Source: SAR324 cluster bacterium SAR324-CTD7B (GTDB taxonomy: Bacteria > SAR324 > NAC60-12). From it: a stretch of DNA of 64,000 nucleotides. The notes under the pieces are model-generated. The model saw nothing but the letters and a program-made list of their open reading frames with translations. It searched no databases and was not told where the DNA came from. Position numbers and translations under genes: made by a program. The stretch covers positions 147 through 64,146 of the forward strand of contig LSNO01000003.1 in assembly GCA_002082305.1 (NCBI GenBank), in the 5' to 3' direction. Below, one piece after another: positions 36,130 through 45,629 of this stretch (position 1 is the first letter of the stretch; the number at the start of each line of letters is the position of its first letter).

Positions 36130-36552
36130 ATGTCCTCCTCTTCAAAAAGTATTTCAAATAATGATAAGACTTCAGTTTTGGAAGATGAGGAAGAGTTTTC
36201 ACTGGTAGTCAGCAAAGGAAGAGACTTGCTTGAAAACAAGACCGAGTTTCAAACAGACGACTGGGTTTGGACTCGAGATTTAGATGATGGCGGGATCTTT
36301 TTCTTTTGCTACCTTTTGATTGACTACAGGCAACAAACACTGAACAAAAACAGCTTGAGAGAAAGTGTCCATACTCTGAATCTGCTGCTGCACAAGATGC
36401 TTCCTCCACGTGAAAAAACTGGATTGCCTTTGCTTGGAGAATTTCAGGTGATTTTTACGCTTTATGAAAGATTGAAGCGCGAAGAAATGACATGGGATGA
36501 TTGTGAGAAATATATCATGGAACAAATTTCAGAGCACCAGAATAGCAATTAA
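36130..36552 (+). CDS. Hypothetical protein
   Basis: 140-aa ORF with no recognisable domain and no obvious SD. Confidence 0.4.
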   Translation: MSSSSKSISNNDKTSVLEDEEEFSLVVSKGRDLLENKTEFQTDDWVWTRDLDDGGIFFFCYLLIDYRQQTLNKNSLRESVHTLNLLLHKMLPPREKTGLPLLGEFQVIFTLYERLKREEMTWDDCEKYIMEQISEHQNSN

Positions 36553-36558
36553 GATAGC

Positions 36559-37596
36559 TTACTCTCCTCCGTTAAGAGTCTTTGCCTGATTGATAACTTC
36601 AAGGTTTTCAGACACCTCACCTGCAATTTTATTATTTAGTTCTAAATCAACACATTCTTGTGCATGTTTTATGGCATTCCTGAATGTATGCACTTTTGAA
36701 TTTCCGTGACATATAATTACGATTCCATTTATTCCTAGTAAGGAGGCACCGCCAACTTCCGAATAGTCAGCCCGTTGTCGCAGTGCCTTGAAGGGACCTT
36801 TCATTGCCAGATATCCAAACTTTGAAAGTAATGAGTTTTTTACCTCTTCGCGAAGGATACTGCGTACAAAATCGAAAGTACCTTCTGCAACTTTGAGTGC
36901 AATATTTCCAACAAAACCGTCGCATACTACGACATTCACTTTGTCTCGGAACATGGCCTTACCCTCAATGTTTCCAACAAAATTAAGCGTACTTTGTTTC
37001 AGGAGATCATAGGTTTCTTGAAGTTCAAGATAGCCCTTTCCCTCTTCTTCACCATTGTTAAGCAAAGCAACTCGCGGATTTTCCAGGTGCAGATACGTGC
37101 GTGCATACGCATCACCCATTAAGGCAAACTGAAAAAGGTAAAGGGGTTTGCAATATGTGTTTGCCCCTACGTCCAGAAGAACAAAGGGATGATTGCGATG
37201 AACAGACGGCATGATTGAAGCAATTGCCGGACGCTCGATGCCTTCGATTGATTTGAGAACAAACTTTGCGGTAGCCATTGATGCACCGGTATTTCCTGCA
37301 CTGACAACTGCTTCAGCCTCACCGGCTTTTACAAGATCAACTGCTACTCTGATAGATGAATGCTTTTTTTGACGCAAAGCTGAGGCAGGAGATTCATTCA
37401 TTTCCACCGTTTCAGTGGAATTAACGATACGTAATTTATCGGAATCGTAATTGTGAAGCTTCAGCGTTTCTTCAATTTGTTCAAACGCTCCAACCAAAAC
37501 AACATCAATGCCAAAGTCATTGACGGCTCTTACGGCAGCCTCAACCTGGACCGATAAGGGACTATCTCCTCCCATTGCGTCAACTGCAATTGTCAT
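36559..37596 (-). CDS. plsX: Phosphate acyltransferase PlsX
   Basis: MTIAVDAMGGDSPLSV... and ...GNTGA... blocks. Classic rpmF-plsX arrangement. Confidence 0.93.
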   Translation of the reverse strand: MTIAVDAMGGDSPLSVQVEAAVRAVNDFGIDVVLVGAFEQIEETLKLHNYDSDKLRIVNSTETVEMNESPASALRQKKHSSIRVAVDLVKAGEAEAVVSAGNTGASMATAKFVLKSIEGIERPAIASIMPSVHRNHPFVLLDVGANTYCKPLYLFQFALMGDAYARTYLHLENPRVALLNNGEEEGKGYLELQETYDLLKQSTLNFVGNIEGKAMFRDKVNVVVCDGFVGNIALKVAEGTFDFVRSILREEVKNSLLSKFGYLAMKGPFKALRQRADYSEVGGASLLGINGIVIICHGNSKVHTFRNAIKHAQECVDLELNNKIAGEVSENLEVINQAKTLNGGE

Positions 37597-37644
37597 ACTG
37601 TTTCCCGGGTTGCTGTTGATGAGTGAAAGAGCAGAAAAAACAGC

Positions 37645-37827
37645 TCAAGATGCTTTAATTTCGATGACTTCAACGCCCTTATAAAATCCACATTCGGGGC
37701 AAACTCTATGAGGACGGATCAATGCATGACAGTTGGTGCATTCTGAGAGGGCAGATTCTGGAATTTTGATGTGTCCCCGTCTGTGATCACGTTGACTGCG
37801 CGAGATTTTTCTTCTTGGTACGGCCAT
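37645..37827 (-). CDS. rpmF: 50S ribosomal protein L32
   Basis: MAVPRRKISRSQRDHRRGH with CxxC...CxxC zinc-ribbon (CTNC...CPEC). 60 aa. Confidence 0.93.
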   Translation of the reverse strand: MAVPRRKISRSQRDHRRGHIKIPESALSECTNCHALIRPHRVCPECGFYKGVEVIEIKAS

Positions 37828-37926
37828 GGTTCGTTTGTGTTTGTGTTAAAATTCTATTTTGATCAATGCTTGCCATTAAATGCTGATAACGTTTTTTTTA
37901 AAAACAAAATCAGCTTTTTGTTCAGC

Positions 37927-38238
37927 TTAACCTTCTGCAGCCTGAATTTCTTCAAGAGTACGTGCAGTAGGGAGAGGATCTTTTGCTTCTTCGATTATTG
38001 GATACTCTTCGCATTTTTCTTCATTTAATGCAGTGTAACTTTCCCATTTTTCCGGAACATCCACATCTGCATAAATTGCTTCCACGGGACATTCTTCAAC
38101 GCAGGCATTACAATCAATGCAGGCTTCCGGATTAATGTACAACATATCAGGCCCTTCGTGAAATGCCTCTACAGGACATACTTCCACACAGTCTGTATAT
38201 TTACATTTTTCACAGTTTGCAGTTACAGTATAAGTCAT
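37927..38238 (-). CDS. fdxA: Ferredoxin, FdxA-like 7Fe type (3Fe-4S + 4Fe-4S)
   Basis: CEKCKYTDCVEVCPVEAFHEGP...HPEACIDCNACVEECP closely matches the Azotobacter-type ferredoxin I cysteine pattern. Confidence 0.85.
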   Translation of the reverse strand: MTYTVTANCEKCKYTDCVEVCPVEAFHEGPDMLYINPEACIDCNACVEECPVEAIYADVDVPEKWESYTALNEEKCEEYPIIEEAKDPLPTARTLEEIQAAEG

Positions 38239-38380
38239 CGACTACTCCTCTTTTAAAGACGGTCAAAAAGTTTTCACTAGCTTAATTTTTGATGGTTTTC
38301 AACTCATCATAACTTATTATGCTGGAGTATAAACGACATAATAACAAGTTTTTTTACAAAACATCATGCTGCCCAATATT

Positions 38381-39670
38381 TTATTCGTAGCGTAGAGGGT
38401 CAACCGGATTGAGGCGGGAAGCTTTTGTGGATGGATACAGAGTCACAAGTACACAAATCAAGAAAGAAGCAGCAGTAGTTATTAGGACATCTGTCCAATC
38501 AATCAATACAGGAATCCTGTTTCCACCAGGATAAACTCCTGCAGGAATATCAATAATGTCAAAGGTCATAATTCCCCAGCAGATAGCCAAACCTACCAAC
38601 ACTCCGCTGATTGTTCCCAGCGAGCCGATAACTAATCCCTGAAAGAAAAATATGCGCCGGATACTGGAATCTTTTGCACCCAAAGCTTTGAGAATTGCAA
38701 TTTCCCTGGACTTTTCCAAAACCAGCATAATCAGTGAACTGATGATATTGAAAGCAGCCACAACAATGATCAGTGTGAGAATGAGAAACAGACCGATTTT
38801 TTCCAGTTTCATTACCTGAAAGATACTTTTGTTTTCATCCGCCCAATTACTGACAACATATTCCACACCTATTTCTGACAATTCCATAGCAATTTCCGGA
38901 GCGGTTCCCGCATCTCTGATACTCACCCCCAGACCCGTTATTTTGTCGTCCATGCGGTAAATTTTTTGCAGCAGCCTGTAATCAATAAAGGCCAGTACTT
39001 CATCATAACCGGAAATTCCTGATTCGAAAATACCGATCACCTCCAGTTTTTTGATTCGGGGAACATCGCCAATCGGAGTCATGCGTTGCTCGGATGAAAC
39101 CAGCTTGACTGTATCTCCTACACCAGCCTCCAGTTGCCGAGCCAATTTTGCTCCCAGAATAATTCCGTCTTTAAGACGATTAATCCTAGCATTGGGGTGT
39201 GAAAGTCTATGAAGCAATTTTTTTGAAATAAGCGCCTGTTTTTCCAGGGATGGGGCAAAACCGTAAACTTCTTCGCGTAAGAATGAGGAGATTTTTGTAA
39301 CTTCTGATTCCTGCTCAGGATCAATTCCACGGAGAAGAGCACCTTTGGGCTGTTTGCGTCCGGTTAGCAGTGTTTGCTTGAAAATGTAGGGTGCAACACC
39401 TTTTACTTCAGGATGCTCCATCAAACGTTTTTGCAGTCCGGAATAATTTTTCATCGCGTCATCCCAGGCAAAGACAGTGATGTGCGGTAATGAACCGGTT
39501 ACGGCATCCCGTAAATTTGTGCGGAAACCGTTCATTACTGAGGTTGCAACAATGAGGGCAACCACTCCTAATGCCACGCCTCCAATCGAAATCCAGGTGA
39601 TTACTGAAATTGAACGATCACGGCGGGGAGAAAAAAGATAGCGTTTACCTATGAAAGTTTCGTAGCGCAT
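38381..39670 (-). CDS. LolC/LolE-like lipoprotein-release ABC permease (FtsX/MacB-type)
   Basis: N-terminus FIGKRYLFSPRRDRSISVITWISIGGVALGV, a large periplasmic domain, and a C-terminal FtsX-like 3-TM domain ending ...ASRLNPVDPLRYE. No ATPase gene is adjacent. Confidence 0.8.
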   Translation of the reverse strand: MRYETFIGKRYLFSPRRDRSISVITWISIGGVALGVVALIVATSVMNGFRTNLRDAVTGSLPHITVFAWDDAMKNYSGLQKRLMEHPEVKGVAPYIFKQTLLTGRKQPKGALLRGIDPEQESEVTKISSFLREEVYGFAPSLEKQALISKKLLHRLSHPNARINRLKDGIILGAKLARQLEAGVGDTVKLVSSEQRMTPIGDVPRIKKLEVIGIFESGISGYDEVLAFIDYRLLQKIYRMDDKITGLGVSIRDAGTAPEIAMELSEIGVEYVVSNWADENKSIFQVMKLEKIGLFLILTLIIVVAAFNIISSLIMLVLEKSREIAILKALGAKDSSIRRIFFFQGLVIGSLGTISGVLVGLAICWGIMTFDIIDIPAGVYPGGNRIPVLIDWTDVLITTAASFLICVLVTLYPSTKASRLNPVDPLRYE

Positions 39671-39673
39671 CAG

Positions 39674-42358
39674 TTAATTTGCCAGTTTTTTACGCACAAT
39701 ATCCGGTGCTTTTGCCAATGCATCTGCAAGTTTTTCTGGTGCTTTGATGCCCGCTTGAGCCATGTTTGGTTTCCCTCCACCACGTCCTTCTGCAAGTTGC
39801 GCAACGGCATTCACCATTTCGCCAGCTTTAAATCCTCTCTTAATCAAATCATCGGAAACTACACAAAGCAAGGTGCTTTTTTCATTGTCGTCGGAACTCC
39901 CAGAAGTGGTTGTTGCCAGCCACGCCACGCCAGAGGGTAATTGTTCCCGGACTGCCTGCCCCACGTTCCGGAGAGTATCAGCCGAATCGACTTCAATTTC
40001 TGTTGCCAGGACTAAAACTCCTTCCACTTCTTCCGCTTTTGCTACCAGTTCAGACACTCCGGCAAGAGCACTATCGCTTCGCAAAGCTTGAAGTTCTTTT
40101 TCCAATTGCCGTTTTTCTTCTGCAAGTTTTTCGACCATTTCAGGAACCTGTGCTTCAGGAACATTCATCAATTGGCGCAAAGAGCGTGCAACTCTGCCAT
40201 GTTCCTGGTTCATTAATTCTGCTTTCCGTCCTGTTACAGCCACAATCCGCCTTACTCCGGAAGCAATTGCCTCTTCAGAAAAAACGCGAAACTGTCCGAT
40301 TTGTCCAGTTGCCTTAACATGACAGCCTCCGCAAAGTTCTTCTGAAAAATCGGATATTTTTACCACACGTACTACATCTCCATATTTTTCTCCAAACAAT
40401 GCAGTGATTCCGGAATCAATTGCTTCCTGAAATGGTGTTTCGAAAATATCTGTTGGAATGTTATCACGTATTACAGAGTTGACAATATTCTCAATTTCTT
40501 CCAGTTGTTCTACGCTAACTTTTTCAAAATGAGTGAAATCAAAACGTAAAATATCCGGATTTACCAATGATCCGGCTTGAGTAACATGTTCACCCAAAAC
40601 TTGACGTAAGGCTTCGTGCATCAAGTGAGCAGAAGTGTGATTATTGGTTGTAGATAAACGTAATTTTTCATCTACAGTTGCAGTCATTGGAGAGTCATCC
40701 GGAGCATCGTTTCCCTTTCCGGGACTAACAGCTTCACAAAAGTGGATGATTGAATCTCCTTGTTTCTGCACGTCGACAACATTCCATATTTTTTTGTCAC
40801 CTGCTGATTTTCCGCTTTGTTCCAAGGTTCCATGATCACCAATCTGTCCTCCGGATTCTGCGTAAAATGGTGTGATGTCCAAAATAAACTGCCATTGTCC
40901 CTGATCGTTGAGGGAATGTCTCCGCAATTTTGATTTGGTCCGGAAGGTATCATAGCCCACAAATTTAGAATCTGCTCCTTTTGAAATTTCTGTCCATTTA
41001 TCAAGTGTAACCTTAAATTTTCCTGATTCACGGGCACGGGTGCGCTGTTCTTTCATTAATTTTTCAAAGACGACTTCATCTACTCCAAAACCGCGTTCTT
41101 CACACATCAGCCGTGTTAAATCAACGGGGAAGCCGTAAGTGTCATAAAGTTTAAAAGCATTTTCTCCAGATAGTTTTTTTGCAGAAATTGTTTCTGCAGT
41201 TGCAGCCATTTTTTCAAATATTTCAAGACCGCGATCAAGCGTCAATCCGAAACTGGTCTCCTCAGCCTTTATTACATTTTGTACATGTTTTTGCTGCTTG
41301 TTTATTTCCGGAAAGGCGTCACCCATCACTTCTGACAGAATGGGCACCAGCTTATAAATAAACGGTTCGTGCATATTCAAGACACGTCCGAAACGCGTTG
41401 CTCTGCGTAACATTCGACGCAAAACATATCCGCGTCCTTCGTTGGATGGTAAGGCACCATCTGCAATGGCAAAACTCAGCGAGCGTAAATGATCTGCAAT
41501 CACACGATATGCAACACTAACTTCCCTGCCGGAATCTGTTTGTCCGGTGACTTCGCTGATGCTGTCTAAAATTGGAATAAAAAGATCTGTACTGTAATTG
41601 GAATCCACTCCTTGAAGAACACGGCAAATTCGCTCTAAACCCATTCCGGTATCTACATGCTGTGCCGACAATGGTTCAAGGTGGCCATCCGGAAAGCGCT
41701 GATATTGAATGAAAACCAGGTTCCACAACTCAACAAAACGCCAGCAGCCTTCGAGATTGACGGAGCAATCGTGTTTGTCGGAATGCGGGCAGGTACCTTC
41801 ACCCAAATCGATGTGGAGTTCAGAACATGGTCCGCAGGGGCCCACTTCCCCCATTTCCCAGAAATTATCTTTTTTGTCAAAACGTAAAACCTGATCCGGA
41901 TTGATTCCGGTAGACTTCCGCCAGAAGTTTTCTGCTTCCTCATCGGCAGCCACACCGTCTCCGCCCTCAAAAACTGTGGCCCACAATTTGTCTTTTGGAA
42001 GCCCCCAAACTCCTGTCATTAATTCCCATGCCCATTCGATGGCCTCTTTTTTAAAATAGTCTCCGAAAGACCAGTTGCCGAGCATCTCAAAAAAAGTGTG
42101 ATGGTAATTGTCATGCCCTACATCTTCCAGGTCATTGTGTTTCCCACTGGCTCGGATACATTTTTGAGAGTTTACTGCACGATTGTAATCTCTGACACCG
42201 GTTCCCAAAAACACTTCTTTAAACTGTGCCATTCCTGAATTAGAAAAGAGCAAAGTCGGATCGTCATTGGGAACTACTGGAGCACTGCGCACAAAACGGT
42301 GTCCTCGTTCTTCAAAGAAAGAGATGAATTCCTGCCGAATTTGTTTTGAGCTTTTCAT
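39674..42358 (-). CDS. alaS: Alanine--tRNA ligase
   Basis: 894 aa. IRQEFISFFEERGH, HHTFFEMLGNWSFGDYFK, an editing domain (HTSAHLMHEALR...CGGCH) and a C-terminal DHHA1-like domain. Confidence 0.97.
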   Translation of the reverse strand: MKSSKQIRQEFISFFEERGHRFVRSAPVVPNDDPTLLFSNSGMAQFKEVFLGTGVRDYNRAVNSQKCIRASGKHNDLEDVGHDNYHHTFFEMLGNWSFGDYFKKEAIEWAWELMTGVWGLPKDKLWATVFEGGDGVAADEEAENFWRKSTGINPDQVLRFDKKDNFWEMGEVGPCGPCSELHIDLGEGTCPHSDKHDCSVNLEGCWRFVELWNLVFIQYQRFPDGHLEPLSAQHVDTGMGLERICRVLQGVDSNYSTDLFIPILDSISEVTGQTDSGREVSVAYRVIADHLRSLSFAIADGALPSNEGRGYVLRRMLRRATRFGRVLNMHEPFIYKLVPILSEVMGDAFPEINKQQKHVQNVIKAEETSFGLTLDRGLEIFEKMAATAETISAKKLSGENAFKLYDTYGFPVDLTRLMCEERGFGVDEVVFEKLMKEQRTRARESGKFKVTLDKWTEISKGADSKFVGYDTFRTKSKLRRHSLNDQGQWQFILDITPFYAESGGQIGDHGTLEQSGKSAGDKKIWNVVDVQKQGDSIIHFCEAVSPGKGNDAPDDSPMTATVDEKLRLSTTNNHTSAHLMHEALRQVLGEHVTQAGSLVNPDILRFDFTHFEKVSVEQLEEIENIVNSVIRDNIPTDIFETPFQEAIDSGITALFGEKYGDVVRVVKISDFSEELCGGCHVKATGQIGQFRVFSEEAIASGVRRIVAVTGRKAELMNQEHGRVARSLRQLMNVPEAQVPEMVEKLAEEKRQLEKELQALRSDSALAGVSELVAKAEEVEGVLVLATEIEVDSADTLRNVGQAVREQLPSGVAWLATTTSGSSDDNEKSTLLCVVSDDLIKRGFKAGEMVNAVAQLAEGRGGGKPNMAQAGIKAPEKLADALAKAPDIVRKKLAN

Positions 42359-42442
42359 GATTCGATTTAAAAAAACTGTTTTTTTGGTGAACCGATGTTT
42401 GAGGACGGGAGGCGGGAATGGGTTTGAAAGAAATCAGATCCA

Positions 42443-42467
42443 ACCGGCTGACATCGGGACAGCCGGT
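42443..42467 (-). terminator. Hairpin between rpsD and alaS (weak terminator/attenuator candidate)
   Basis: accggctg (42443-42450) pairs with cagccggt (42460-42467) in an 8-bp GC-rich stem. A modest T-rich tail follows on the minus strand. Confidence 0.3.
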
Positions 42468-42483
42468 ACCAAAATGCAAAAAA

Positions 42484-43095
42484 TCAGCGAGCCATGAATT
42501 CGACTACCAGGTGATCCTCAACGTCGATAGGTATTTCCTCACGATCCGGAATCTGTACAAGCGTACCGGAAAATTTCTTTGTGTCGCGCTGAACGTATGC
42601 TAATTTCTGTTCAAAGAAATTGAACCAATCCTTGTATCGGTCTATTTTTTGACTTTTATCTCTCAGTTGAACAATGTCACTGGGCTTTATCTGATAACCT
42701 GGTTTATTGACTTTTTTACCGTTTACTGTGATGTGGCAGTGAACAACCATCTGTCGGGCGGCACGTAATGTTCCTGAAAAACCCATACGAAAGGCCATGT
42801 TGTCTAACCGCGTTTCGAGAGTTTGAACGAGTGCAACGTTGGTTTGGATACGGCCCCTTGCCGCTTTGTCGTAATAACGACGTAACTGTTTAGAACTGAT
42901 TCCGTAAAAGGCTTTCAGCTTTTGAGTCTCTCTCAACTGTTGACCAAAAGGGGAGATCTTTGCTTGACGGCTTGCTCCATGCTGTCCTGGACGATTAGGA
43001 CGACGACTCAATGTAAGTGCTGCACTTGGACTTCCTATTACATTAATTCCCAACGCACGGCAAACCTTATGTTTTATTGTAGATTTTCCTGGCAT
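42484..43095 (-). CDS. rpsD: 30S ribosomal protein S4
   Basis: 203 aa. N-terminal KHKVCRALG, and an S4 RNA-binding domain (RLDNMAFRMGF..TLRAARQMVVHCHITVNGKKVNKPGY). Confidence 0.95.
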   Translation of the reverse strand: MPGKSTIKHKVCRALGINVIGSPSAALTLSRRPNRPGQHGASRQAKISPFGQQLRETQKLKAFYGISSKQLRRYYDKAARGRIQTNVALVQTLETRLDNMAFRMGFSGTLRAARQMVVHCHITVNGKKVNKPGYQIKPSDIVQLRDKSQKIDRYKDWFNFFEQKLAYVQRDTKKFSGTLVQIPDREEIPIDVEDHLVVEFMAR

Positions 43096-43354
43096 ATATT
43101 TATTTCCCGTTCAGATGGCACCTTTGGAGGACTATAGAATAACAACAATTTAGAGAAAAATTTTCTCGTAAGTTCGCTCTCTGTGAAAAATTCTCAGGAT
43201 GCCATCCCATGAAATGGGTCCGACTGAATCTTCATACTTCAAAGAGAACATTAAATAGACTGCTGATTATCTATGAAAAAATGAATTAAGTCAATTGAAA
43301 ATGAAATTCTGTATAAAGTTTACTTGGTCAACTCTTGAAAATTCGAGATTGTTC

Positions 43355-43382
43355 TTGACATATCATCAGAGAAGACTAGACT
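43355..43382 (+). promoter_or_regulatory. Candidate sigma70 promoter for the ABC-transporter operon (TTGACA-16 nt-TAGACT)
   Basis: TTGACA at 43355-43360 and TAGACT at 43377-43382. About 50 nt upstream of the TTG start at 43433. Confidence 0.35.
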
Positions 43383-43432
43383 CCGTTTCTTGAATATTAT
43401 TTTATCTCCAAACTAAAAAGCTTTCTAATATT

Positions 43433-44416
43433 TTGTCAAATCAATCCACCATTCTCCAAGTCGAAAATATAAGCACACGTTTTCACACCCAGGATGGCCT
43501 GGTCCACGCTGTCAATGGAATCAGTTTTGAGTTGAAGAAAGGAGAACTGCTTGGAGTAGTTGGTGAAAGCGGTTCCGGGAAAAGCGTGACAATGATGTCA
43601 CTGCTCAAACTTCTGCCCATGCCTCCCGCGGAAATCGTTTCCGGAACGGCAAACTTTGAAGGACAGGACTTGATTCAGCTTGATCTTGGCGAACTCAGGA
43701 AAGTACGAGGTGGTAAAATTGGTTTCATTTTTCAGGATCCGATGACGTCACTCAATCCAGTTTTGAAAATTGGTTATCAATTGGCAGAACCGATGCGTGA
43801 ACACATGGGAATGAGCAGGAAGAAAGCTCGTCAACGCTCGGCGGAACTTTTGGATTTAGTTGGTATTCCAATGGCGGAAAACCGCTTAAATGATTTTCCA
43901 CACCAGTTTTCCGGAGGAATGCGCCAACGGGTCATGATAGCCATGGCCCTGGCCTGTGATCCTAAAGTACTGATAGCCGATGAACCAACTACGGCCCTTG
44001 ATGTGACCATACAGGCGCAAATACTGGACATCGTTAAAAAGCTTCGTAAAGAACTCGGTATGGCAATTATCTGGATCACACATGACCTTGGTGTTGTCGC
44101 AGGAATTGCAGATCGGGTGGCGGTAATGTACGGAGGGTATATAGTTGAGGAAGGACCGGTGGACGAACTATACAGTAATCCAAAACATCCTTATACACAG
44201 GGCTTGCTGAAAACGTTGCCTAATCTGGAAGGTAAACGTGCAACACGCTTGGAAAGCATAGAAGGTCAACCTCCAAATCTAAACAAAAAACCAACAAGTT
44301 GTCCTTTTGCACCGCGTTGTACCCATACCATGGATCGTTGCCGACGGGAAAATCCTGTGTTAATCAAAAGAAAAGAGAATCATAAAGTCGCCTGTTGGTG
44401 GAATCCTGAATCCTGA
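43433..44416 (+). CDS. Oligopeptide/dipeptide ABC transporter ATP-binding protein (OppD/DppD type)
   Basis: Walker A GESGSGKS, signature FSGGMRQR, Walker [13 protein letters not shown]-terminal Opp-type extension with Cys motif CPFAPRC...C...C. TTG start. Confidence 0.9.
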   Translation: MSNQSTILQVENISTRFHTQDGLVHAVNGISFELKKGELLGVVGESGSGKSVTMMSLLKLLPMPPAEIVSGTANFEGQDLIQLDLGELRKVRGGKIGFIFQDPMTSLNPVLKIGYQLAEPMREHMGMSRKKARQRSAELLDLVGIPMAENRLNDFPHQFSGGMRQRVMIAMALACDPKVLIADEPTTALDVTIQAQILDIVKKLRKELGMAIIWITHDLGVVAGIADRVAVMYGGYIVEEGPVDELYSNPKHPYTQGLLKTLPNLEGKRATRLESIEGQPPNLNKKPTSCPFAPRCTHTMDRCRRENPVLIKRKENHKVACWWNPES

Positions 44417-44424
44417 GTGAACGA

Positions 44425-45408
44425 ATGACAAATGAAAATAATAAGGCTTTGCTAAAGGTTGATGGACTGGTAAAACATTTTCCGATCACCCGTGGAATAT
44501 TTCGCAGAGAAGTCGGAAGTGTTAATGCAGTTGACGGTATTTCCTTCGAAATCCAGGAACGTGAAACCTTGGGTTTGGTAGGCGAAAGCGGGTGCGGAAA
44601 ATCTACTGCCGCTCGGGTTATTCTTCAATTAATTCCAGCTACTGCAGGAAATGTTTTTTTCAAGGGGCGAGATCTAACCTCTCTCGATAAGGAAGAATTA
44701 CGTAAACAAAGACAGCATATGCAAATGATTTTTCAGGATCCACAGGATAGCCTGAATCCAAGGATGACGGTAGGTAGTATCATCAGTGAGCCTCTTATGG
44801 AACATAAAAAACTCCAGGCTGAAGAACGAAGTCAACGTGTAGAACAATTGCTTATTTCTGTCGGGATGAATCCGAAATTCACCAATCGTTACCCCCATGA
44901 ATTTTCCGGTGGTCAACGTCAACGAATAGGCATTGCCCGTGCACTGGCCTTGAGTCCGGAATTCATCATCTGCGATGAACCGATTGCTGCACTGGATGTT
45001 TCAATTCAAGCACAGGTAATTAACCTTTTAGAGGATCTTCAGGAAGAATTTGGCCTGACTTATTTGTTCATCTCCCACGATTTGAGTATGATCCGCCACA
45101 TTGCCGATCGGGTTGCTGTAATGTATCTCGGACGTATCGTTGAACTGGCATCAAGTCAGGCCCTTTACAGCACACCTCTTCATCCCTACACACAGGCTTT
45201 GCTTTCAGCAGTTCCAATCCACGATCCAAAATTGGAAAGGAAACGCAAGGGCACTATCCTGGTTGGGGAGGTACCTAGCCCGGCTAATCCGCCATCGGGT
45301 TGTAACTTCAGTACACGCTGTCCCAGGGCTGAGGATCGCTGTTTCAAGGATTCTCCGGAATGGAGAGAAGTTTCTCAGGGGCATCAGGTTGCTTGCCATT
45401 TAGTGTAA
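44425..45408 (+). CDS. Oligopeptide/dipeptide ABC transporter ATP-binding protein (OppF/DppF type)
   Basis: Walker [10 protein letters not shown], signature FSGGQRQR, Walker [13 protein letters not shown]-terminal Cys motif [14 protein letters not shown]...C. Confidence 0.9.
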   Translation: MTNENNKALLKVDGLVKHFPITRGIFRREVGSVNAVDGISFEIQERETLGLVGESGCGKSTAARVILQLIPATAGNVFFKGRDLTSLDKEELRKQRQHMQMIFQDPQDSLNPRMTVGSIISEPLMEHKKLQAEERSQRVEQLLISVGMNPKFTNRYPHEFSGGQRQRIGIARALALSPEFIICDEPIAALDVSIQAQVINLLEDLQEEFGLTYLFISHDLSMIRHIADRVAVMYLGRIVELASSQALYSTPLHPYTQALLSAVPIHDPKLERKRKGTILVGEVPSPANPPSGCNFSTRCPRAEDRCFKDSPEWREVSQGHQVACHLV

Positions 45409-45422
45409 TTGAAGAAAATTGT

Positions 45423-45450
45423 TTGACAATTTATAAAAGAACTGTATAAT
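45423..45450 (+). promoter_or_regulatory. Consensus sigma70 promoter (TTGACA-16 nt-TATAAT) in front of the substrate-binding-protein gene
   Basis: TTGACA at 45423-45428 and TATAAT at 45445-45450. Both hexamers are perfect matches. About 180 nt upstream of the ATG at 45630. Confidence 0.6.
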
Positions 45451-45629
45451 GCAACAACTTTCTGTAAAAGAGCACTTTGAAATGCTTCTGAATGCAGTAA
45501 GTTTAAAGGCAGGCTTCCTGCCTTATTTAGTGGGACGCCTCTTCAACGGCATTCAGAATTTTCCTGAATGTCATTTACGGTTGGTTGATCCTTTTCTGCT
45601 GGCCATTCACTCACATGATAAGGTGTACT

